Shown: positions 8,198 through 17,212 of the stretch, one piece after another
Layout of the letters: each line of letters begins with the position of its first letter
Position numbering within the stretch: the stretch's first letter is position 1
DNA from: Archangium sp.
GTDB taxonomy: Bacteria; Myxococcota; Myxococcia; Myxococcales; Myxococcaceae
NCBI GenBank assembly: GCA_031367385.1
Contig: JANLPS010000157.1
Coordinates: 1-34,577 of the forward strand
Direction of reading: 5' to 3'
Length of the DNA stretch: 34,577 bases
Notes under the pieces: model-generated
What the model saw: only the letters and a program-made list of their open reading frames with translations
Database searches by the model: none
Told to the model about the DNA's origin: nothing
Made by a program: the position numbers and the translations under genes

Positions 8198-9079
8198 ATG
8201 GCCCCCGTGATTTCACTGACAGACCTTCGCATTCGGTACGGCAGCAAAGACGCGGTGAACGGCTTGTCGTTGCAGGTCGAGGCGGGGCGGTGTCACGCCT
8301 TGCTGGGCCGAAACGGAGCGGGCAAGACCTCGGCGATGAGAGCCCTGTTGGGGCTGCTGCGACCCGATCAAGGCGCGGTGCGGCTGTTCGGGCTCGACCC
8401 GGCCAAGCACGAGGCCGAAGTGAAGTCGCGCCTGGCCTGGGTGCCCGATTCGCCCAGCTTCTACCCGTGGATGAGCGTTCGCGAAGCGTTGGCCTACGCC
8501 GCGTCGACGCGAACGGGGTGGCGCAAAGACATCGAAGAACACCTGTGCTCGCGGTTCACGCTCGATCTCGATGCGCCGACCTCGGGGCTCTCGAAGGGTG
8601 AGAAGACCCAGCTGGCGCTGACCTGTGCGGTCTCGGCCGACCCGGAGCTGCTGGTGCTCGACGAGCCGACGACGGGCCTCGACCCGCTGGTGCGACGGCA
8701 ATTTCTCGAGGCGGTGATCGGCACTTTTCAAGATCGCCAGCCAGAGAAGAAGACCATCTTCGTGTCGACGCACTTGATCTCTGAGTTCGAGGGCATCATC
8801 GACGACTTCACGGTGCTCGCGGGTGGGCGCGCGGTATTGAGCGCCGACGCCGATGGCGCGAGGCAACGGTTCTGCAGGTTGCGAGGGTGGTTCGACGAGA
8901 CGGTGCCTCCGCAAGCGGCGATACCGTCGGTGCTTTCGACGAAGCGAGATGGCCGGCTGCTCGAGCTGGTGGTCGACTCCGGGGCCGACGAGACCCGCGC
9001 GTGGTTGCAGGGCGCAGGGGCGAGCCGAATCGAGACCACTGCCCTCTCACTCGAAGAGATCTTCGTCTGCGCCGCGTGA
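8198..9079 (+). CDS. ABC transporter ATP-binding protein (YtrB/CcmA-like exporter)
   Basis: Walker A GRNGAGKT, signature LSKGEK, Walker B LLVLDEPT, H-loop STH, and C-terminal SLEEIF. Confidence 0.93.
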   Translation: MAPVISLTDLRIRYGSKDAVNGLSLQVEAGRCHALLGRNGAGKTSAMRALLGLLRPDQGAVRLFGLDPAKHEAEVKSRLAWVPDSPSFYPWMSVREALAYAASTRTGWRKDIEEHLCSRFTLDLDAPTSGLSKGEKTQLALTCAVSADPELLVLDEPTTGLDPLVRRQFLEAVIGTFQDRQPEKKTIFVSTHLISEFEGIIDDFTVLAGGRAVLSADADGARQRFCRLRGWFDETVPPQAAIPSVLSTKRDGRLLELVVDSGADETRAWLQGAGASRIETTALSLEEIFVCAA

Positions 9080-9083
9080 ACCC

Positions 9084-10655
9084 ATGACCACACTCGCCTT
9101 GAAAACCGACCTCGTCTTTGAACGTGTACCGGCCGCCAAGCTGTACCCGGGGCTCTGGCTATTGACCTTGCTGCCCGTCAGCGCGCTGGTGCTGCTCGAC
9201 CTGCACGCCGGCATTTTTCGCCCGTCGATTTGGGCGATTCGCTTCGTGCCGGCGCTGTTGGCGCTGCTACCGGGGGCCTGGGCGAACCTCTCTGGGTCGG
9301 TACGAGCGACCCGGCTGCGCAAGGAGCTGCGCCTGATCGCCCCGATCACGCTGACGTTGCTGGTGAGCACGAGCCTCGCCTTCGTGTGCGACGCGCCGAT
9401 GCCATTGGCACTTCGGTTCGTGCTGCTGACCGGCCCTGCCATGGGGGTGCTGGTGATCACCGCGGCGGTGGCGATTGCGCCGTGGGGTGAAGAGCATCGA
9501 CTCGGCACCTTGGCGGCCCAGCTGCTCAGCCCGCTCTCAGGGCAGCTGATGCTCGAGAAGAGCGCGCTCGCGGCGTATTTCTTGGTGATTTCGTCGCTGT
9601 GCTCGGTCGCGACCCCGTTCTTTTCACCGGAGCTGGCGGCCCTGTCGATTCTCTCGCACGTGTTGGCGATTCTCACCGGGCCCGCGTGGTTCTTCGCGCT
9701 GCGCTCCTCGACGGCCGCGTTGGGCATGTTCGTGATGGCCCCGGTGAGCGCGTTGTTGATTGCACCCTGGCTGCTCTCTGTCGATCTGCCCCCTGCGCTC
9801 AGCGTGGGTCTGGCGCTCGGGTACGGCGTGGTGATGCTCGCGCTGACACCGCGGCTGCTTCGAGCGGGCATCTCACGGCCGCCACCTCGAGCGGTGACCG
9901 ATGGTGTGCGGCTGTGGGGGCCGAGCAGCGTTGCGGGCCCGCTGCAGGTCGAGCGAAAACTGCTGGGGAGTGCGATGGCTATCGGCGTGCTGGCCACGGT
10001 GCTTTCGGTGCCCGGGTACCTGCTCGCGAACGACGAGACCCGTGAAGGGCTCTTCGTGATCAATGCCTTGATGGGTCTCCTGGTGTGTGCGCTGACTCCG
10101 GCGTTGACGTTGGCCGAGCCGCGTCAGCTGGTGATGCAAGAGCTCGCGGCGCACCCACGCGCCCGGGTCTTTTGGAGAAAACTCAGCAGCTCCCTGGGGG
10201 TCGCCGTCATCGCGGGCCTCGTGCTGCCCTCGGCGGTGATGCTGACCCTCTCGCGCCTCACGGCCACGGGGCTGGCGGTGTTCATCGTGACCGGGTTGAC
10301 CCTGTGGGCGGTTTCGTTCGCGGTCTCGACCTGGCTCGAGCCCTCCGGCACGGTGGTCGCGACATCATTCGGCGTCGGCGGCTTGATGGTCGGCGCGCAG
10401 TTCGCGGCGCTGGCCCTTGGGGCATGGCTGTTGACGGGCGGCGTCTCATGGTTGGTGACGCAGCCTGCGGCGGGGTTGGCGGCGCTGGGGGTCATCGGCC
10501 CTGGCTGCCTGATCTTCGCGTGGCGAAGCTTCGTCGGCCTTCGCCAGAGCAAAGGGCGAGATGCGGCGGTGTTGATCTCCGTGTCGCTCGTGCATGCCAC
10601 GACCTTGGGCGTCATCTGCGCTGCGTTGATGACCCGGGGCCTGATGCCGTTTTGA
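9084..10655 (+). CDS. ABC exporter permease (multi-pass membrane protein, two ABC-2-like halves)
   Basis: Very hydrophobic, ~523 aa. Contains 'LRKELR' and 'GEEHRLGTL..L..P' EAA-like loops, with a second similar half. Starts 4 bp after the ATPase. Confidence 0.75.
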   Translation: MTTLALKTDLVFERVPAAKLYPGLWLLTLLPVSALVLLDLHAGIFRPSIWAIRFVPALLALLPGAWANLSGSVRATRLRKELRLIAPITLTLLVSTSLAFVCDAPMPLALRFVLLTGPAMGVLVITAAVAIAPWGEEHRLGTLAAQLLSPLSGQLMLEKSALAAYFLVISSLCSVATPFFSPELAALSILSHVLAILTGPAWFFALRSSTAALGMFVMAPVSALLIAPWLLSVDLPPALSVGLALGYGVVMLALTPRLLRAGISRPPPRAVTDGVRLWGPSSVAGPLQVERKLLGSAMAIGVLATVLSVPGYLLANDETREGLFVINALMGLLVCALTPALTLAEPRQLVMQELAAHPRARVFWRKLSSSLGVAVIAGLVLPSAVMLTLSRLTATGLAVFIVTGLTLWAVSFAVSTWLEPSGTVVATSFGVGGLMVGAQFAALALGAWLLTGGVSWLVTQPAAGLAALGVIGPGCLIFAWRSFVGLRQSKGRDAAVLISVSLVHATTLGVICAALMTRGLMPF

Positions 10656-10685
10656 GGCGCCGCTCGAATGCGTTAAGCAGCCGCG

Positions 10686-11090
10686 ATGCCAGCCCGTGCA
10701 TTCTCAATCGTGGCGATGACGCTCATCGGGTGCGGCACGGTGGCGCGCTCGAGCCTGGTGCGCACGGGCGCCTCACACGCCGCGGTGGCCACCACCAGCG
10801 TACGCCTGTGCATGTTGAGCGTGCCTGAAGGGGCCGAAGAGCTGGGTCTGGTCGAAGCGCATTCGGGCCCCGAGTCGACCTTCGAGAGCATCGCCCACGA
10901 GTTCAAAGCCCAGGTCGCGAAGGCCGGCGGCGACGTGGCGAAGGTCGACAAGATTCGCACCAAGTTCGAAATGGTCTCGAACACCTACACCTACCAGTGT
11001 GGCAAGAGCACCTGCGTGGGCACGAACACCATCGAGGTGCCGACGACCACCTGGCTCGGCCACGCCTACCGCACCCGGAGCACCCAATGA
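10686..11090 (+). CDS. Small hypothetical lipoprotein (YbjQ/RcsF-like fold possible)
   Basis: Lipobox MTLIG-C. Pattern EELGLVEA...FKAQVAKAGGD and extra cysteines. Confidence 0.6.
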   Translation: MPARAFSIVAMTLIGCGTVARSSLVRTGASHAAVATTSVRLCMLSVPEGAEELGLVEAHSGPESTFESIAHEFKAQVAKAGGDVAKVDKIRTKFEMVSNTYTYQCGKSTCVGTNTIEVPTTTWLGHAYRTRSTQ

Positions 11091-11566
11091 GACTTCTGCC
11101 GCTCATCGTCGTCGTGACCGGGTGTGTGGGCATCACCAAGACCCACCACGTCATGACCGGGAGGCCCGGAGTGCCGACCGCCAGCCTGCCTCGAATCTAC
11201 ATGCAAGGCGCTGCTCCGCCCGACGAGGTGCAAGAGGTGGCGATTCTGCAAGCCACGGCGCACCCGCCCAACGCCGACATGCCGCACGTCATCGAAGGGT
11301 TGCAGAGCGAGGGCGCGAAGCTGGGGTGTACCGCCATCGTTCAGACGCAGGTCGATCAAGGCGTCTCCACCGCCTCGGCCACCGGAGTCTGCGTGCGCCC
11401 CATCGGTTCTCCGGATCGGCAAGTGCCCGGCGTGGGCGAGTCGGGCGCCGCGCCGTCGACCCGCAGGTGCAGCGCCGAGCTCGACCCTCGCTGGGCGAAC
11501 GCGAGCGCGATCGAGAAGAAGTCGATGATGGATCAGTGCCAGGCGCCCGGTACCGCGGTGGAGTGA
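11087..11566 (+). CDS. Small hypothetical lipoprotein (YbjQ/RcsF-like fold possible)
   Basis: ATGA overlap with the previous stop. Lipobox MRLLPLIVVVTG-C. Pattern QEVAILQA...LQSEGAKLGCTAIV...ATGVCVR. Confidence 0.65.
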   Translation: MRLLPLIVVVTGCVGITKTHHVMTGRPGVPTASLPRIYMQGAAPPDEVQEVAILQATAHPPNADMPHVIEGLQSEGAKLGCTAIVQTQVDQGVSTASATGVCVRPIGSPDRQVPGVGESGAAPSTRRCSAELDPRWANASAIEKKSMMDQCQAPGTAVE

Positions 11567-11922
11567 CACGGCGCTCGTCGTGCTGGCCGGCTGCGCGCAC
11601 GTGCCGGACTTCGATGGGACGTATTTCGTTGGCGGGCGTTTGAGCGCATCGCCGCCAGAAGTGCGCTGAGCCGTGCAGGTGCCGTGTTTCGCAAGCAGGG
11701 CTCCGTGGGGCCTCGATGCGGGAGTTCGCACGGCGGCTCGAGCAGCACACATGACCGTACACGCGCGCGCCGTGCTCGAGCGCATGGGGGCCGCCACTTC
11801 GGTGGTCGTCGTGCCTCAACCACGCGTTTCACCAAGCGGGGCGCAGCGGCCCGTGCGGTCTGCTGATCACTGCCCTTCTCACCTTGACCCGCCCCTGCAA
11901 GCGCCCGCAGAGTCAGCGATTC

Positions 11923-13545
11923 GTGGTGCGATTTGGCCTCGTCATCGCTGCGCTGACCCTCTTCGGTTGTGAGGGCTCAATCGCCTTGCCAGCCCCCGTC
12001 ATCGCTCACCCTGGCCCCGGCATCGAGCCGCTCCAGCAACCGGTCGCGCGCCTGCACCTGCTCACCACGGCGCAGTTCACCAATAGCCTTCACGATCTGC
12101 TTGGCGCCGACGTCGTGGTCTCGGAAGTCGAGCCCGACGTCGACCAAGACGGCTTCGCGAGCGTCGCGGCCTCGCAGTTGGCCATTTCACCTGCGGGGGT
12201 CGAGGCCTACGAGAAGGCCATCGGCGGTGCGACCGAGGTCGCCTTTGCGACCGACGCGAAGATCGTCGCGCTCTTTGGCTGCTCCCCCATTTCAGTCAGC
12301 GATCTGGGGTGTCTGCGCAAGGCTCTGACGACGCTCGGCCGACGCGCCTACCGACGGCCGCTCACCGAGGCCGAGGTTCAACGTTTCTTGAGCGTCGTAA
12401 CCGACATCGGCACCGAGTCGAGCGACGCACGCGAAGGCCTTCGCTACGCCATCTGGGCGATGCTCGAGTCGCCATCGTTTCTCTATCGCACCGAGCTCGG
12501 AGAGCCCGACCCGACGGGCCGCCTGAAGTACACCAGCGCCGAGATGGCCTCGCGGCTGGCCGCGACCTTGTGGGCGACGGGCCCCGACGTGCTGTTGCTC
12601 GACGCGGCCGACAAAGACGAGCTCTCGACGGCCGCGGGTGTTCGCGCCCAAGCCACCCGAATGCTCGCCGACGCTCGAGCCCGGGCCGCGTTCGCAGGCT
12701 GGGTCGACGACCTGTACAACACGGAGCACCTGGCCAGCACCATCAAAGACACCACCCTTTACCCCTCGTGGAACAGCTCATTGCGCGACGCGATGCACGA
12801 AGAGCTGATTCTGCGCGTCGATGACCTGGTGTTCTCGCGGCGAGGCGATTTCTTGTCGCTGTACGACGCCCGAACCACGTTCGTGAATGATCAGCTCGCG
12901 GCGCACTACGGGCTCGTATCGCCTTCAGCCACGGGGTTTCGGGAGGTCTCGCTGCCCGACGCAACGGGTCGACGCGGCTTGCTCGGTGGAGGCGCGCTGC
13001 TCTCATCGAACGCCCTGCCCCAGCGCACCTCGCCCACCCAGCGTGGCCGCTTCGTCGCCGAGATCATGTTGTGCAAATCGGTGCCGCCACCACCGCCCCA
13101 GGTGATCACCAACATCGAGACCTCGGCCGACGCGGGCGTCACGCTTCGCTCGCAGCTCGAGCTGCACCGCCAGAACCCGGCCTGCTCGGGCTGCCACACC
13201 TTGATGGACCCGATTGGCCTCGGCCTCGAGCGCTTCGACAGCGTCGCGGTGGCTAGAGAGAGCGACCACGGCCACCCCATCGACGCCAGTGGTGTGCTCG
13301 ATGGCGCCGCGTTTCAGAGCGCCGCTGAGCTGGCCACCCGCGTCAGAGAGCACCCCAACGCAGGGCCGTGCTTCGTGAAGAAGCTCTACACCGCCGCGCA
13401 GGGCCGCAGCGTGCTCGAGGCCGACACCGAAGCCTTGAACACGCTCTCTGCCTCGTTCGCGGCCAACGGCCGACGAGCCGATCAAGCCTTGATCGACCTC
13501 GTGAGCAGCGACGCCTTTCGTTACGTTGAACCACAGGCTCGGTGA
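11923..13545 (+). CDS. DUF1592 domain-containing protein (DUF1587/1595/1592/1588/1585 architecture) with a c-type heme motif; putative lipoprotein
   Basis: RL..LT..QF.NSL.DL, RRAYRRPL, LESPSFLYRTE, EMASRL, RRGLL, TSPTQRG, CSGCH..MDPIGLGLERFD. Lipobox LTLFG-C. Start is uncertain (11884/11923/11926). Confidence 0.88.
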   Translation: MVRFGLVIAALTLFGCEGSIALPAPVIAHPGPGIEPLQQPVARLHLLTTAQFTNSLHDLLGADVVVSEVEPDVDQDGFASVAASQLAISPAGVEAYEKAIGGATEVAFATDAKIVALFGCSPISVSDLGCLRKALTTLGRRAYRRPLTEAEVQRFLSVVTDIGTESSDAREGLRYAIWAMLESPSFLYRTELGEPDPTGRLKYTSAEMASRLAATLWATGPDVLLLDAADKDELSTAAGVRAQATRMLADARARAAFAGWVDDLYNTEHLASTIKDTTLYPSWNSSLRDAMHEELILRVDDLVFSRRGDFLSLYDARTTFVNDQLAAHYGLVSPSATGFREVSLPDATGRRGLLGGGALLSSNALPQRTSPTQRGRFVAEIMLCKSVPPPPPQVITNIETSADAGVTLRSQLELHRQNPACSGCHTLMDPIGLGLERFDSVAVARESDHGHPIDASGVLDGAAFQSAAELATRVREHPNAGPCFVKKLYTAAQGRSVLEADTEALNTLSASFAANGRRADQALIDLVSSDAFRYVEPQAR

Positions 13546-13549
13546 CCCC

Positions 13550-14899
13550 ATGCGAACGCGAATCTCACGGAGGTCAATGCTTCGCGGGGTGCTCGCCGCC
13601 GGCGCCACCGTCGCCCTGCCCCTGCCCCGCCTGGCTGGCATGCTCGATGGCAATGGGCTGGCCTATGCCGACGGGCAAAAGCTCCCGGTTCGGTTCGGCA
13701 CCTGGTTCTTCGGCAACGGCATCATCCCCTCTCGGTGGAACCCGAAGAACGTTGGCGTCGGCGCCGACTGGGCGTTGAGCGAAGCGCTCGCGCCGTTGCT
13801 CGCGGTCAAGCCCTGGCTCTCGGTGATCAGCGGCATGCAGAACAAGGTGCCCGGGCTGTACGCGCACAAGTCGTACCCGGCTGGTGCCCTGACCGGAGCC
13901 CAGGCGATGGCCGCAGGCGACGTGCAGTTGCCTTCGATCGATCAGCTGATCGCCAAGCTCAACCCGGCGACCGCTTTTCCCAGTGGGTTGCATGCGGGTC
14001 TGTGCAACACCACCGGCGCCGGAGCGCTCGATCTGTGCTGCTCGTTCAACGGCCCGAATCAACCCAACCCGCCCGACTACAGCCCGACGTCACTGTTCAG
14101 CAAGCTGACGCAATTCTCGACCAACACCCGTGCGACTGACCCGTCGTTGCTGCGTCGAAAGCGCATTCTCGATGCGGTGAACGAAGACGCGAAGGCGCTG
14201 CGCACGAGGCTGGGCGCCGAAGACAAGAGCCGCCTCGACCGTCACCTCACCGGCGTCGACGAGCTGCAGCAGCGGTTGGTGAGCCTGGCTGCTCCGCATG
14301 TGTGCGGTGACGTGACCGACCCGAAGGTGGCCTACCCCGACCGCGGCGACGACGGCGTCATCACCAAGGCCCGCAACCAGGCCTTCGCCGAGCTGCTGGT
14401 CTTCGCGATGTCATGCGACGTGACGCGGGTCTTCACGTACCTGTTCAGCTCGGCCGCGTGCCACGGCTCGTACGCCGACGCCGGGCTCGACAACGTGACC
14501 TTTCACGAAGACTACGGTCACCGCAAAAGCCCGCGTGGCAGCGAAATGGCCACCGAGGGGTTTCAACAAGGCGTCACCTACACGATGGCGCGGCTCGCCG
14601 AGCTGCTCGAGCGCATGAAGAACACGCCCGACGTGACCGGCACCCTGCTCGACAACTCGGCCATCTACATCACCTCATGCGTGGCCGATTCGATCAACCA
14701 CGGCAACACCGACTTCCCGCTCCTGCTCGCGGGCAAGGCCGGTGGCGCGTTCAAAGGCGACGTTCACGTTCGCGGCAACGACGACAGCGTCAGCCGGGTG
14801 CCCTTCACGGTGCTCAAGGCCTTGGGCGGCACCGCCACCAGCTTCGGCCTCGATGAGGGTCGCGTCGAGACCGGCGTGCCGGAGCTGCTGAAGGCGTGA
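13550..14899 (+). CDS. DUF1552 domain-containing protein
   Basis: Twin-arginine-like ISRRSMLRG..ALPLP.L, F.GNG, SIDQLIA, LGAEDKSRLDRHLTGVDELQQRL, AMSCDVTRV, GTLLDNS, H...FPLLLAGKAGG. This family is the usual partner of DUF1592. Confidence 0.88.
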   Translation: MRTRISRRSMLRGVLAAGATVALPLPRLAGMLDGNGLAYADGQKLPVRFGTWFFGNGIIPSRWNPKNVGVGADWALSEALAPLLAVKPWLSVISGMQNKVPGLYAHKSYPAGALTGAQAMAAGDVQLPSIDQLIAKLNPATAFPSGLHAGLCNTTGAGALDLCCSFNGPNQPNPPDYSPTSLFSKLTQFSTNTRATDPSLLRRKRILDAVNEDAKALRTRLGAEDKSRLDRHLTGVDELQQRLVSLAAPHVCGDVTDPKVAYPDRGDDGVITKARNQAFAELLVFAMSCDVTRVFTYLFSSAACHGSYADAGLDNVTFHEDYGHRKSPRGSEMATEGFQQGVTYTMARLAELLERMKNTPDVTGTLLDNSAIYITSCVADSINHGNTDFPLLLAGKAGGAFKGDVHVRGNDDSVSRVPFTVLKALGGTATSFGLDEGRVETGVPELLKA

Positions 14900-14957
14900 G
14901 GCTGTAGGGTGATGTGATCAACTTTGTCAGACCGGTGGTTCGTGCTTTGACGGTGAG

Positions 14958-16424
14958 GTGCGGTGGCTGGCTCTCGTCTCACTTGCCCTGATCGGCAATC
15001 AATACACGGTTGGGTGCGAGGGGTGTGGCCCGTTCCCTCCGTACGTGGCGCCGGTGCCCGATGCGGGGCGCGCTGACGCCGGGGTTATGGGCACCAACGA
15101 TGCGAGCGTGTTGCTCGACTCCGGGCTCCCAGAGATCGATGCGGGAGACCTTGCAGACTCAGGCGTCACGCCGCTCGATGCGGGCTTGAGCTTCGATTCA
15201 GGCGCCCTCCTCGACGGGGGCCTTCCCTCCGACGCGGGGGTTCTCTTCGATGCGGGCACTGCCTTCGACGCAGGCACTCTCATCGATTCTGGCGTGCCCT
15301 TCGGCGACGCGGGCACGGGCTACGACGGCGGCCTCGGCTATGTCTGCACCGGAGGCCCGACCGTCTTCACCACCGGCATGGCAGCGCGGGTGGTCGTAGG
15401 GCAACCCGACTTCGTCTCGGCCCTGCCCAATGGCGGGCTGAGCCGCGTCAACGAAAGTGGCTTCGCGACGCCCTACGGAGTGGGGACGAGGGACGGAAAG
15501 CTGTTCATCTCAGACGGCGATAACAACAGGGTGCTGGTGTACGACACCATCCCCACGGCCGACGGCGCGTTGGCGGACCATGTGATCGGCCAGCCCGATT
15601 TTCAAGACGGCACGGCAGGGACAACGGCAACGAGGATGTCGTGCCCGCAAAATTTCGCCTTCGGGCCCGAGCACTTGATCGTCTCCGAGTTCTGCAACAG
15701 CCGGCTCAGCTTCTGGAGGCTCGATTCGATCGCCACCGGCATGGCGGCGAGCTTCGCGTATGGGCAACCCGACCTGGTCACCGGTACTGCGAACACCGGA
15801 GGTCTGAGCGCCACCTCGATCGCCAACTCAGCCTCTTCTCAAATCATCGGCAGTCGCTGGTTCGTCGCCGACAGCGTCAACAACCGGGTCTTGATCTTCA
15901 CCACGGTACCCGTCGCGCCCGGAGCGGTGCCCGATGCAGTCATCGGCCAGCCCGACTTCGTCAGCAACACGGGCACCAACGGCCTCAATGGCCTCGGGTT
16001 TCCGCTCGATGTGTCGAGCGACGGTGTGAAGATCGCGATTGCCGACGACAACAATGACCGAACGCTCGTCTACAACGCGGTGCCCAGCGATGCCGGCGTG
16101 TTCGCCGACGTGAAGCTGGGCGGTTTTGCCCGCCCACCCGACGGCACCAACCAAGACAGCCCGGTCGGCGTTCTCATCGCCGGCGGCCGCCTCTTCGTCG
16201 CAGACCGTCGCAACAACCGCATCTTGGTGTGGAACACGATACCCACCGCCACCGATACGCCAGCCGACGTGGTGCTCGGGCAAGTGAACTTCACCGAGCG
16301 GCTCAACAACCAGGGCAACGCGGCCCCCGATGCGACCGGGCTCAGCAACCCCCACTTCATGTTCTATGACGGCTGCCGGCTGTTCGTCACCGACATCAGC
16401 AACAACCGGGTTTTGATTTACTAA
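14958..16424 (+). CDS. Secreted/lipoprotein NHL-repeat beta-propeller protein with Asp-Gly-rich linker
   Basis: N-terminal signal with Cys. Repeated (V/I)GQPDF and LF(V/I)(A/S)D..NNR(V/I)L(V/I)(Y/W/F) NHL blades. Confidence 0.85.
   Translation: MRWLALVSLALIGNQYTVGCEGCGPFPPYVAPVPDAGRADAGVMGTNDASVLLDSGLPEIDAGDLADSGVTPLDAGLSFDSGALLDGGLPSDAGVLFDAGTAFDAGTLIDSGVPFGDAGTGYDGGLGYVCTGGPTVFTTGMAARVVVGQPDFVSALPNGGLSRVNESGFATPYGVGTRDGKLFISDGDNNRVLVYDTIPTADGALADHVIGQPDFQDGTAGTTATRMSCPQNFAFGPEHLIVSEFCNSRLSFWRLDSIATGMAASFAYGQPDLVTGTANTGGLSATSIANSASSQIIGSRWFVADSVNNRVLIFTTVPVAPGAVPDAVIGQPDFVSNTGTNGLNGLGFPLDVSSDGVKIAIADDNNDRTLVYNAVPSDAGVFADVKLGGFARPPDGTNQDSPVGVLIAGGRLFVADRRNNRILVWNTIPTATDTPADVVLGQVNFTERLNNQGNAAPDATGLSNPHFMFYDGCRLFVTDISNNRVLIY
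15060..15332 (+). repeat. Low-complexity coding repeat: ~15 D-[A/S/G]-[G/S] motifs at ~6-aa spacing
   Basis: PDAGRADAG...DSG...DAG...DSG...DAG..FDSG..LDGG..SDAG..FDAG..FDAG..IDSG..GDAG..YDGG. Confidence 0.85.
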
Positions 16425-16428
16425 ACCG

Positions 16429-17187
16429 ATGGCCGACGCATTCGACACAGACCGCCCCGACGCAGTGGCGCTCGATGCAGAGGCCGCGAAGTCATTGCCG
16501 CTGCACGCGTTTGCGTTGCTCGAATCGGGTGACGCCTTCGAGGTGGTCAACGGTGCGCCTCCGCGCGATGGCAAGGCGCAGGCGAAGGCCTACCTCGCCG
16601 CCAAAGTGACCATCGCCGCCCACGGCGCCAGCCCCGAGCTCGTCAACACCGTCAAAGAAGAGCTCGCCCTGCAGCTGCTTGGCAACCTGCAGCTGATCAA
16701 CCGGCTCAAGGCCGCGCGGCCCATCGCGATCGACCTGGTACCGGCCAACAAGTCGATGGCTGCGCTCGGGTACCCGAAGGGCGCATCGGCCCGTGCCGCT
16801 GGCCTGTTTTGGGACCACCCGACCTGGCCGAGCGCACGCATGGCGTTGTTGCAGACCGCCCTGGTCTCGGAGCGGGCCCTGGTGACCCATGAAATGGCCC
16901 ACGCCATTCAACGCCTGGCCTTCACCCAGGCCGAACAAGACTCGATTTACCGATTGATGTTGCCGACGTATCGCTCCCGCGCGTGGGTCGACGAGGTCTT
17001 CGCCATCTACAGCGAGCGCGAGTTCTTGCCCTCGTTTACCGAGCGCGAGGGCCACGCCCCCGGCGTCTACGGCCTGGCTCGCAAGCGGTGGGACGAGCGT
17101 CACGTCTTCACCCGGTTCGTTCGAAACCTGTACCACCCGCACAAGCCCCTCGCGGCGTCGGCCCCGGGCAGTCAGTCGTGGCGGTGA
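16429..17187 (+). CDS. HEXXH zinc-dependent metallopeptidase-like protein (zincin; MtfA/ATLF-like)
   Basis: LVTHEMAHAIQ at 16888-16902 and a downstream DEVFA helix supplying a probable third ligand. No signal peptide. Confidence 0.6.
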   Translation: MADAFDTDRPDAVALDAEAAKSLPLHAFALLESGDAFEVVNGAPPRDGKAQAKAYLAAKVTIAAHGASPELVNTVKEELALQLLGNLQLINRLKAARPIAIDLVPANKSMAALGYPKGASARAAGLFWDHPTWPSARMALLQTALVSERALVTHEMAHAIQRLAFTQAEQDSIYRLMLPTYRSRAWVDEVFAIYSEREFLPSFTEREGHAPGVYGLARKRWDERHVFTRFVRNLYHPHKPLAASAPGSQSWR

Positions 17188-17212
17188 GAGACGCGGCGGT
17201 TAGACTTGGCGC

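Noticed and set aside
11667..11669. In-frame TGA as selenocysteine
   Set aside because: No recognisable redox motif or convincing SECIS hairpin, and the frame lacks a start codon.
15060..15332. Possible CRISPR or DNA tandem repeat
   Set aside because: The periodicity is at the amino-acid level inside a CDS. There are no identical DNA repeats with unique spacers.
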